From positions 23,932,001 through 23,996,000 of the forward strand of contig JBHGNT010000001.1 of the NCBI GenBank assembly GCA_043228905.1: a DNA stretch of 64,000 bases. The letters are read 5' to 3'. The notes beneath the pieces were generated by a model that was given only the letters and a program-made list of their open reading frames with translations, ran no database searches and had not been told where the DNA came from. This document shows, in pieces, positions 1 through 10,195 of this stretch (its first letter is position 1; the number at the start of each line of letters is the position of its first letter). Position numbers and translations under genes: made by a program. The DNA comes from Azolla caroliniana (taxonomy: Eukaryota; Plantae; Polypodiophyta).

Positions 1-1
1 A

Positions 2-2512
2 GCAGTCTTCCAACATATGGCGAATGATATTTTTCGAGACTTCCTCGATATCTTCATCATTGTTTACCTGGATGATATCTTGATCTACTCAAAAACTCAA
101 GAAGAACATGATATACATGTTCGCCAAGTTTTGCAACGGCTACGAGAGTATGGTCTCTATGCAAAATTGGAGAAGTGTAGTTTCGACCAACGTCAAGTGG
201 AGTTTTTGGGGTACATAGTCTCTTCAAATGGCATCTCTATGGATCCATCAAAGGTTCAAACAATTTTGGATTGGCAAACACCACAGTCCGTGCGAGATGT
301 GCAATGTTTTTTGGGGTTCGCAAACTTTTATCGCAAGTTCATCAAAGACTATTCAAAAATTGTGTTGCCCATCACTCAACTGACGCACAAGAATCGATCA
401 TTTGTATGGAGTATAGATGCGAACTCTGCATTTGAGGGTTTAAAGCAAGCATTTACATCCGCACCAATCTTAATCCATGTCGATCCAATGAGGCGCTTTA
501 TACTTGAAGCTGATGCATCGGATTTCGCACTCGGAAGTGTACTATCCCAAATTGGTGATGATGGTGAACTGCACCCAGTGGCTTTTCACTCACGAAAATT
601 TGAAGCCGCAGAAATCAACTATGAGATTCACGACAAAGAGCTTCTTGCCATTGTGGATTCTTTTCAACAATGGCGTCATTTTCTGGAGGGTTCTTCTCAG
701 CAGATTATTGTCTACAATGATCATAAAAATCTAACATACTTTCAAAGTGCTCGAGTCTTGAATCGACGACAAGCTCGTTGGGCGCAGTTCTTAACTCGTT
801 TCGATTTTGTAATTCTATATCGCCCTGGGATGCAACAAGGAAAAGCAGATGCTTTATCTAGACGTTCGTATATGGAACTTCAACCTGGAGAGGCCGCATT
901 TGAAAGCCAAAAGCAAATCCTCTTAGGTCCTGATCGTCTACGAATAATGGCAATGCATACCATCAACACACCGGGAGATTCAAGGCTTCTTGATTCCATT
1001 CGTGAGCAGATTGCGACTGATGCGTTCGCCCAAGAGGTTTTGAGCCATATTATCCCAAATCGTGCATCTAGCTCCCAAACTCAAAATCCTCGTCTAGACT
1101 ACACCCAGTTTAGTTGGCATGATGGGTTACTTTTTCGACAAACTCTCTTGTATGTGCCTGACGGTCCTTCTCGACTCAAAGTCATGCAACAATGTCATGA
1201 CACACCAATGGCGGGACACTTCGGCATCCACAAGACTTTTGAGTTGATTTCTCGCCGATATTGGTGGCCACGGCTTCGCCATTTTGTTACGGATTATGTT
1301 CGTAGCTGTGATACATGTTGCCGATCAAAAAAGCCTCGACATCATCCATATGGCTTATTACAGCCAATGCCTATTCCGGAGAGCCCATGGAAATCTATTT
1401 CCTTGGACTTTATTACGGATCTTCCACCTTCCAAGGGATTTGATTCGATTCTCACTGTTGTCGATCGTTTTACGAAGATGGCACATTTCCTTCCATGCAC
1501 AAAGACCATTACTAGTCAAGAGACAGCTGATTTACTCATGCGGGAGGTGTTTCGCCATCATGGTCTTCCGGATGATATTATCAGTGATCGGGGTCCCCAA
1601 TTCATCTCGAAATTTTGGCGGCACATGTTCAGACTCTTACATACTTCTTGTAAACTCTCTTCCGGCTACCATCCAGAGACTAATGGGCAGAGTGAGCGCA
1701 CCAACCAAACAGTCGAGCAATATCTACGTTGTTTTGTCAACTATCAACAAGATGATTGGGTGGATTTACTACCTTTGGCAGAATTTGCTTATAACAACTC
1801 CGAGCATTCTTCTACTGGATATTCCCCATTTTTTGCAAACATTGGGTACCATCCTCGTTGGACGATGCTTGAACATCCCGAACTCCCAAAAAACCCAGCT
1901 GCTGAAGATCGGCTCACTCGACTCCAAGAAGTTCAGGATATGCTTTTGCATCATTTATGTGAAGCCCAAAACACTCAAAAGAAGATTGCTGACCGTCATC
2001 GGCGTGATTCATCGACTACATTTCAAGTAGGCGATCGTGTATGGCTCTTACAAGGTAGCATTAAAACGACCCGACCTTGCTACAAATTGGATTATCAACG
2101 TTTTGGCCCATATGTCATAAGTGGTAAGATCAATGATGTGACATTTCGTCTTGATCTTCCTCCTCATATGCGTCTTCACCCGGTCTTCCATGTTTCACTT
2201 TTGGAGCCTTACACAACGAGCTCTATTCCGGGTCGTGTTACACCTCCCCCACCTCCAATTGACGTTTCCAATGGCTCTGAATATGAGGTTGCCGCTATCC
2301 TCGACTCCAAGATCATTCGCAACAAACTATACTACTTGGTTGATTGGTTAGGCTATACACCTAATGATCGAACATGGGAGCCTGCCGAACATCTTGCCAA
2401 TGCCTCCGACATGGTTGTTGCATTTCACAACCAATATCCTCATAAACCAAGTCTGAACTCTTTTCTTCCGACTCGTGCAACTCGTCATCGAAAAGGGGGG
2501 ATAATGTCATGA
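2..2512 (+). CDS. Chromovirus Pol (RT C-terminal part, RNase H, integrase, chromodomain), open at the 5' window edge
   Basis: Uninterrupted 831+ aa ORF with IVYLDDILI, HDTPMAGHFG...CDTC, WKSISLDFI, SDRGPQF, GQSERTN and EYEVAAILD...YLVDWLGY...TWEP. The ORF reads through the PPT and stops inside the LTR. Confidence 0.95.
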   Translation, partial: AVFQHMANDIFRDFLDIFIIVYLDDILIYSKTQEEHDIHVRQVLQRLREYGLYAKLEKCSFDQRQVEFLGYIVSSNGISMDPSKVQTILDWQTPQSVRDVQCFLGFANFYRKFIKDYSKIVLPITQLTHKNRSFVWSIDANSAFEGLKQAFTSAPILIHVDPMRRFILEADASDFALGSVLSQIGDDGELHPVAFHSRKFEAAEINYEIHDKELLAIVDSFQQWRHFLEGSSQQIIVYNDHKNLTYFQSARVLNRRQARWAQFLTRFDFVILYRPGMQQGKADALSRRSYMELQPGEAAFESQKQILLGPDRLRIMAMHTINTPGDSRLLDSIREQIATDAFAQEVLSHIIPNRASSSQTQNPRLDYTQFSWHDGLLFRQTLLYVPDGPSRLKVMQQCHDTPMAGHFGIHKTFELISRRYWWPRLRHFVTDYVRSCDTCCRSKKPRHHPYGLLQPMPIPESPWKSISLDFITDLPPSKGFDSILTVVDRFTKMAHFLPCTKTITSQETADLLMREVFRHHGLPDDIISDRGPQFISKFWRHMFRLLHTSCKLSSGYHPETNGQSERTNQTVEQYLRCFVNYQQDDWVDLLPLAEFAYNNSEHSSTGYSPFFANIGYHPRWTMLEHPELPKNPAAEDRLTRLQEVQDMLLHHLCEAQNTQKKIADRHRRDSSTTFQVGDRVWLLQGSIKTTRPCYKLDYQRFGPYVISGKINDVTFRLDLPPHMRLHPVFHVSLLEPYTTSSIPGRVTPPPPPIDVSNGSEYEVAAILDSKIIRNKLYYLVDWLGYTPNDRTWEPAEHLANASDMVVAFHNQYPHKPSLNSFLPTRATRHRKGGIMS

Positions 2513-3053
2513 AGACATACATCTTGGCTTATCATGACATTCATCTTGGCGAACCAGGAATCGAACCCATAACCTCTTGGTTTACATATTGTACTTTAAC
2601 CATTGTAATAACATATGTGAGATGTAATCATAATAATTATATGTTTAGTTATTACGAGATATTTAGAACATTCTAGATTATTCTAGAATGTTCTTGAATA
2701 TTTCATGATTATATTTATTATTATTATTACTCATAAATATCTAAAATATTCTAGAACATTCTAGAATACTCCATAAGGGCCTATAAATAAGAGTCCATAC
2801 ACTCATCACAACTCATTCGGTTCAACACCAGTCTTTAGCCCTTAGCCTACTCCTTGTAATCTTCTTTCTCATAATACAATCGCATTCCCATTTCTTATCT
2901 CTCACTTATACTTTTCTCTCTCTCGCACTCTCTCCCTCTTTCACTCTCTTTCTATCACTATCGCTATCTCTACCGCTCTCGCCATCTCTATCGTTATCGT
3001 TATCTCTATCGCCATCGCTCTCTCTCTCTGCTTCCTACTCAAGAGTCACGACA
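2505..3053 (+). repeat. 3' LTR of the chromovirus (549 bp)
   Basis: TG...CA ends with an 8-bp imperfect inverted repeat, directly after the PPT. TATAAATA at 2782-2789. TATCGC/TATCTC hexamer repeats near the 3' end. Confidence 0.9.
2665..2772. promoter_or_regulatory. Two heat-shock element (nGAAn) arrays upstream of the LTR TATA box
   Basis: GAAcaTTCtaGATtaTTCtaGAAtgTTCttGAAtaTTT (2666-2703) and TTCtaGAAcaTTCtaGAA (2749-2766) are alternating pentamers in exact 5-bp phase. Confidence 0.75.
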
Positions 3054-4853
3054 AGTAAGGCTTTACTCGGTAAGCTACTTGTGTGAAGTTTACAACCTGG
3101 ACCTGAATTGTGGAAGCTGCTTCTTAGGGACAGAGTTGACCTTTGGTGTCCAAGGAATGGCGGCCCTTGGAAGGCAAAGATGTGGTGGTTGTTCAGTCCA
3201 GATCTAAAGATGAAAGTACCAACTAGCGTGGAGGACAGGGTGGCAAGTGCCATAATGATGGCCTGGTCAAGTGTAAGAGAAGGGTTGGCCTTAATGCAAC
3301 CGAAAACATTGGAGGGACAACTCCGACAACCGCTATTCTGGAACCCTAGGATTAGAAGCGAAGACGACATGATGCTTGGACAGAAAAAATATTTGCCATG
3401 GGGGCGCATGTTAGGGTACAATGTTAGTTCAGTAAGAGATTGGGATGTTTTTAGAATGAAGAGGAGCGAGGGTAAGTTTGGTAGCATTTCTGGTAGGCTT
3501 GAGAAGGTGACCCAACTGATAAACAAGGTTGTTGATGGTCTAGAAAGGTTGAATAAGGACGAGGGGGTTTGGTCTGGGTGGTTTTTAGGTGAGAGTGATG
3601 GACAAATTATCCGTGGCAAGTGCCCATCTAATGAGTATCGTTTGTGGGGAAACCTAAGTGCTTTGTCCAACAATGGCTGGTGGTTGGCAGTGCGGGTGGC
3701 AGTGTTGGAAGGTAAGAAGTGGCAAGTAAAGCCGGACCCAGGGAAGCTAGATAATGGTTGTAAACTATGGCTATTTGACAACAAGCCCCTACATGATTTG
3801 GAGTGGGATCCACTAGAGGTATGGTGGCAAAAACCGGGAACGAACAAACTGGAGGGGTATTTTTATTATAATACTAAGCTCGGAAGGCAAATCATTGGCT
3901 CCAAATCAGTGGACACTGCTCAGACTCGCAATAGTTGGAGGGATAAAGGCATATCAGATGACTTGTTGAAGTCATTTTGGAGGAGACTTTGGGCATTGGA
4001 TATGCCAGAAAAAATAAAGGTTTGGTTTTGGCTTCTTAGTCATAAGGCGATACCCATAGGGGAGTGGATGAGGTGTCGTGGTGGGGAGGCTGGTTGTAAG
4101 TTATGTGGTCACTCTTTGGAATCGATACCTCACTGTTTTTGGAACTGTGCAGAGGCAATCAACATTTGGGGTAGAAGTCTCGGGATAGTGGCAACATGCG
4201 GTGTGAATGGGAGAGTTGTGTGGGGGTCCTTAAAGGGTTTGAAGCTAACTAGGGAAGGCTGGGCGGAACAACTAAATCCACATGGTCATGGATTTATAGT
4301 GCAGGGTGGTAGTGTATTCAAATGTGTTGGAGTGAAACCTGGTACAAACTCTGGGTTTTTTGAGGAGATATGGATGTTGGTGGCATGCTTCTCGGTCTGG
4401 CACATTTGGACCAGACAATGTTTGTTTGTTTTTCGGCAACGAAAACTCCCAAGCGGTGAAGTGTTGCTAAACATTTGGTTCGAGCCGATATCTTGGTTGC
4501 GTAGACAATACAACTCAATTGAAGGGAACTCAGATGAAGCAAAAAGGGCTCGGTCAAAGTTTTTGCTAAAATGGGGTCATTCTCCTATGATTGTAAATTC
4601 AGCGTCAGGGCCTAAATGGAACTACCAAGCACCGATATGGTTGTTTCCGTCATTGGCTTCCATTAGTGGACAGAAGATGTAATTATGTGGTTACCATGTA
4701 AAAAGAGTTAGCGGGATACTTTTGTTGTAAATAGTAGGGTGGGGATTATGCTTAGTTTTGTGTGGAGTAGTGTGAGTTTTGTTGATTATGGCTGAACTTT
4801 GATGTACTTCGTTTGCTAACTAATGGAAGTAGTGTTTTTTTGGAAAAAAAAAA
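3054..4853 (+). mobile_element. L1-clade LINE, 3' part of ORF2 (zf-RVT region) with 3' UTR and poly(A), interrupted by the chromovirus
   Basis: SKALLGKLL motif at 3054 (in-frame stop at 3084), then FWRRLW...PEKIKVWFW...CKLC...ESIPHCFWNC and VWHIW...VF. ORF ends at 4682; A10 tail at 4844-4853. Confidence 0.88.
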
Positions 4854-5289
4854 CCATTCATAAAATTTTGTTACAAATCATTTTTTAGAAGAAACCTTCA
4901 CAATGTTTTCCAAATATTGACTAATTTCTATTATAATTATACATATTTTCAGAAAACATGCATGATACAAATTTCTACTATAATTTTGCATATTTTCAAA
5001 AAACATGATTTATAAATAGTCGCAACAAATTTTGGCAGCGATGTATGCATCAATGGTGAACAACAGGGTGGGGAGCAACAACATGGGAGTGATTACAGTA
5101 TCAACGTGGGTATGATCATAATCATGGAGGGATTAGAGTGGATGTGGGGGCGGTGTTTTCTGAAAATGTGCAGAGAAAAACATTTTGGGGGAAATTTTTT
5201 TTCATGTAAAAAGCCCTAAGTGCGCACTGTTTCCTTGAGATCAAAGTGCGCACTTAACCGAATGGTTACTGTACTCTTTCTTTACTTAG

Positions 5290-5423
5290 AAGCAATATAC
5301 GATGATATATAACGACGAAAATCAAGCTGCATATACATTATACAAATACTCTCTTTCTTTACAAACAAGAAAGCAATATACGATGATATATAACGACGAA
5401 AATCAAGTTGCATATACGTTATA
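5290..5423. repeat. Direct duplication of ~53 bp (5290-5342 and 5371-5423)
   Basis: AAGCAATATACGATGATATATAACGACGAAAATCAAG[C/T]TGCATATAC occurs twice, 81 bp apart. Confidence 0.9.
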
Positions 5424-7149
5424 ACTTCTAAGAGTAGCGTTATAATTTCTCCCAAAAATCAAAGACACGTGACAAGGGCACAACTTACAAGACCATAATT
5501 CGTGTTGACATGATAAGATAATCTTAACAGCAAACATTAAAGTGACTAACACCAATGAATAGACGTAGTTTACACGGGATTATATAGCCATGATGATAAT
5601 AAAATAACCGTATCAAGACAACATGCTCCTCAATTCCACACAAAAATATTGACTTGTGCAAACAACTCATGATGACAAAAAAAGCACAAAAACTTAAACA
5701 TGCCATATTAGAGTTATTTCAACCCATGTCTTCAAAACTTCATATAGGGTATGTGAACTTCAATTGAACACTAAATAAACACAATTTTAATTTATCCGAA
5801 TGCCACGCCAATAATTGCGAGAGATAAGCTTCTTGCATATATGGAGCGAAATCCTTTATGTGTGCAAAACACTCATGCTAGAAATTCAAAAACGCAAGGG
5901 GAAATCATCAATGTAATTCGGTAAAATTTCAATGAGCCAGATATGGTTTGATCGCCTTATATATGATCTAGAAATCAATGCATAATGTTGGAGTAAGATT
6001 ATACATGTATGTGTTAAAAATATTGATGAGCACCCACTTTCAATGCAAAATTTGATGCTTAACACGTTTACTATCGCATAACATGAAGAAAGTTTGAACG
6101 AACACTTAAAGGCCTATTTCCACCTTAACATGACTTAAAAGTAATGGTGTTGCAATTGAATATACCTAATCAAGCCTCAACGTACTTTTGATTGGTGGCA
6201 TTTTTACCCATGCCACTTTAAGCATTGATAATGGTGATTAAAAAGGGCACACTTCAAACTTTATGGTAAAGGGTCAATAATAATAATCAACACATGTCCA
6301 ATTTTGCTTAATAATGTGGAATTTTAAAGGCCTCAACATGGTGTGACAAAGAATTTGGAGTTCCAAAAACGAAAAGCCTTCACAATACCATGTTGTTGGT
6401 AAAGAGAAAATAAAATGATTGCATGTTTGCCAATTTGCCACGAGCTTTGATGAGGAAACAAATAATATGTATATAGAGTGGAAATGTTGCGTCTTCAATG
6501 GCCCAAGCCGATAAACAACCCACAACATGGGAGAAAGCATGGCATCTGTCAAATGAAAAAGTACATTGAACGAGGATATATTATTTCTTTAAGATACATA
6601 TCAGACAATAGGCGTACATTAAGCTATCAATCTTTCTACAAAAGTTTGTGGGTTCAAATAATATTTTGCTTCTCATAAACCACATCGAACTATCAAATGA
6701 ATGATTTTACGATATGATCATAATTGAGGTAACCTTCTCAACTATGGCAAATACCTTATTACCTTTATAGCTTGAGAACATATATGCACACCACACCACA
6801 TCGATTAATTCCCCCCCTTTTACTATCGAAAAGCAAACTAGTGGCATGCCATGATTCACACGTCTCGTAATTTAATAGACCCCATTTCTCAAGCTCGAAT
6901 TATATCACACCCTCCAATACCTAAGATAACTCCAACACAACCAAATATGATGGTGTGGGTGGAGCTATAACATCCTCAATGAAAACCTATCAAGAAAGGC
7001 CCTCAATGAAAACCCATTAAAAAAAGGCTACAAAGCATCAACCTAACATTTCATTGTATCCAAATGTTACTCAATCCTCCTTCACTTAGTCGACAAGTGG
7101 ATACTAGGAACAAAAGTGTGAGAGATCAGTGGAGGTAAAATATGATCAA

Positions 7150-7790
7150 TGGGACCGAAGTTGAACCATATTTTGTAGTAGGGTGTGGAATTGGGTAGCG
7201 AATGTAGATGATCAAGAATTTTATTGCTAAACATTGCAATCAAAAGTGCACATTGTGTTTGCAAATGTGTGTAGGGAGTGGATTGGATCAACATTGCGTG
7301 GAAAGCAAACTAGATATGGTCAAACGCAATGCATTGTGTCAAAGTGTGATACTATGATTCCTTGCACTTGTAAGTTGTTCAACACAAAAGATGTAGAGTT
7401 GATGAGTGTCCTCACATGTGCCCCCAAACTCCTTGTCTCACATTGAAGAGAATATGAGCTAATGCTTATTGAGGCTTTGGTAATGTAGATGATTGATAGA
7501 GGGATGGGCTCTAGCATGTATTGACTAGTGCGACTTCCTACTTTCGAGAAGAAGATGGTGTTACAGCCAGGTGCAAAGTATGTATGTAATTATAATGTGT
7601 GGAACGTGAGGCTCCACCACATATTTCCCAAGTTCGAGATACATGAGCATTGCAAAAAGAGCCTCATTCATGGAGGAATGTATGGATGCAACATGAAGAA
7701 GCAAATGCTTCATATCTTCCATCCATACGTGACTTAAACATGTTTTGCGTTTACGTGCCATTCGAATATTCATACTTGCTTCCAAATTCG
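7150..7790 (-). mobile_element. Degraded fragment of an RTE-X-like LINE (ORF2 C-terminal region)
   Basis: Colinear similarity to ~15750-16350, e.g. GCATTGT[G/A]TCAAAGTGTGATACT and the peptide MLEPIPL in both. Boundaries are approximate. Confidence 0.7.
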
Positions 7791-7843
7791 GTCCTAATCC
7801 TCGGAAAGGAAGTGTGGGTCATGAAGGGAGGACTAAGGATCAT

Positions 7844-8240
7844 GGGGGGGGGGGGGGGGGGGGTTAGGGGTTTCCAGCCTTTTCTAAAGCACATACATGT
7901 GTGTGTATGTATGTATGTATGTATGTATGTATGTATGTGCTCAAATCACAAGACCACACCACACCTCCTTGCTTTTCCATGGTGATTGGTTATATACATA
8001 AATATGAATAATGAATAATAATAGGAATAAATCCTAAAAGTAATATATATACATATGTATATATATATAGCCTAGGTATTGCATAAATACAATAATAATA
8101 GTAATAATAATAATGAGAGTAAATAAATAGAGAAGAGAAGAGAAGAGAAGGAGGCAGCATGTGGTTGGGTCGTGCGTGCGTGCGTGCGTCTTTCTTTCTT
8201 TCTGCGCTTTTCTTCTTCTTCTTCTTTTTCTTCATAACAT

Positions 8241-8272
<32 letters not shown>

Positions 8273-8291
8273 CTGATACATACATACATTC

Positions 8292-8341
<50 letters not shown>

Positions 8342-8543
8342 GATATGTAAATAAATAAATATGTTCGTCGTCTTCTTCTCGTCGCCCCCCCCCCCCCCCC
8401 CCCCCCTGTCTCTGTCTCTGTCTCTGTCTCTGTCTCTGTCTCTCTTTGTCTTGACTGTCTGTGCATTTCCATTCCATTCTGATTCCACAAGCAACCTCCT
8501 CCTCACTCTCTTCTTCTTCGCTGGTAAGCTTCCTGAAAACAAT

Positions 8544-8631
<88 letters not shown>

Positions 8632-8817
8632 AGAGAGAGAAGATAATTAATTGGGAGCCCTTCCTTAGTCAAAATGATTTTCATATTATGCTTTGATAAG
8701 TTACAAAATCACCATATGCCTCGTACTACTACGTCCTATGTAACTTCTTCTCGTTTCTTTGGCAAAATTTCTTCTCTGTATGTATGAAGGTGAAGGAAGG
8801 GGGGGGGGGGGGGGGGG
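7844..8817. repeat. Microsatellite/homopolymer cluster at the 5' end of the transporter gene
   Basis: G20 (7844-7863), (ATGT)n ~7905-7938, (ACAT)/(ACATAT)n ~8244-8340, C22 (8385-8406), (TCTCTG)n ~8407-8444, (GA)~41 (8548-8630) and G19 (8799-8817). Confidence 0.95.
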
Positions 8818-10195
8818 TTCTTTTTGTGGAGGCCAGGCATTTGTCCTCCTCACCGTCGTCAGTATGCACTTATAAACAACTCTTTTGAAGGGCATACATA
8901 CCACACTCTATTCTCCTTTTCTTTTAATATCTAAGATGTAGTAGGAGCATTCTGGAGCATTGATTTATTATTATAAATTTTCTCTATTTCCATTCCTGAG
9001 CTTGCAGAGTTTTGCATCACACGTGCATAAAATACAATTGCTCCAATTCCCCACCTTCATTGAGGTTGTGGCTCAGGGAGTATGGGGCTCTAAACTTCAT
9101 AGTTAGTATTGGGGCGCTCATCTCTCTGGCTAAACCTTTGTTCTGGGTGTGTTGACTGGGTATGTCTAACTCCCAGGTATTTGGACCTGTCAAAAATCTT
9201 GTATGAAGTTGTGCATTAGTGAGATTTGAACTAGGTAGGGCATAACCCAATGAATAGCACAAGAAAAGAATCAATTGAAATGGCCCAAGTGACCTATAAG
9301 ACCAAATAATTGGTGGTCATGTATGTATGGGTTTGAAGAGATGTGCATTATCTGAGGTGATTGAGAATGATCAAACCAGATGACTCGAGCAAACCAGAAT
9401 GAATGCTATCAGGGTGCCCACCAACTGACAGTGATGATGTCAAAGGGAACATCCAGCGCACTTGGTTGCATATGATGATGCCATGGAGGTAATACCAATG
9501 ATGAATTCAAAGGAACCAGGCATGAAACATCTCTATGCAGTTGCCATTTATAGTTCGGAGTCATCATTGGGTAGTACTTCTACAAGCATCCCTCTTCTGG
9601 TTGGCACTACTCCAGAGGGGGATCCTGTGTAAGTACCAAGCAATGATTGCTTCAAAGGGATCAACCATGAAGTCTCAATGTGCAATTGTTACTATTATCT
9701 TCAGCATTAGGGCTTTAATAGCAATAATTATTTTATCTCCATTCTTGTGGTTATTTGCAAATCTGAATGCATTTGCAATATATACTCTTTACTGCGAAAC
9801 AGGAGAGTAATGGAGAGAGCGAGAGAGATAATAAATACTCTTATCAAATTAAAATTGGTGGCATGATGATGACCTTCAATGCTAAAGCCCAAGTGAAACG
9901 TGCTTGAAAGTCATAATTTATAAATGGATCAAAAAGGTTGTTGCTATATTTTGTGGAGCAATGTCATTCGAGAGAAGGATTTTCTTGCCATATCTGTCTT
10001 CTAATCTAGTATTAAATTAGATGAATGTGATGTGTTCATTGATAGTAACAATTGGTTTGTCACTGAGCAAATGCCATAGACCTTAAGTGCTTTGAGTAAC
10101 CTATCAGATGTTGATTACTCATTCCTCTTGTATTACGTGACAGCGGTAGCTATTTTAGAGCTTTACTGAAGAGGGCAGCCACAAATGATTTCCAG
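8440..10195 (+). other. Putative multi-exon 5' leader or alternative N-terminal exons of the transporter gene
   Basis: Donor CTG|GTAAGC at 8523. Exon-like blocks end at 9488 and span 9554-9628 (|GTAAGT), 9803-~9898 and 10144-10195 with AG/GT borders. The reading frame across them is ambiguous. Confidence 0.4.

Larger units (their letters stand above)
1..3053 (+). mobile_element. Ty3/gypsy chromovirus (Tcn1-like), 3' part: pol, PPT and 3' LTR
   Basis: RT YLDD, RNase H (EADASDFALG), HHCC and DDE integrase, and a chromodomain. PPT AAAAGGGGGG at 2491-2500. LTR runs TGTCATGA(2505)...TCACGACA(3053). Confidence 0.95.

Noticed and set aside
2546-2612. Functional tRNA gene
   Set aside because: The acceptor, anticodon and T stems do not pair properly. 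It is kept only as a tRNA-derived motif.
3035-3847. 270-aa minus-strand ORF and similar long antisense/alternate-frame ORFs (1284-2030, 32577-33269, 44324-44938)
   Set aside because: They are shadows of TE coding frames with no recognisable motifs.
5094-5273. Possible Tc1/mariner-type element bounded by TACAGTA...TTACTGTA
   Set aside because: The similarity does not extend beyond ~7 bp, so there is no real TIR.
7990-8696. Many overlapping ORFs with poly-RE, YT, IC or SL tracts
   Set aside because: They are translations of microsatellites and show no coding signal.
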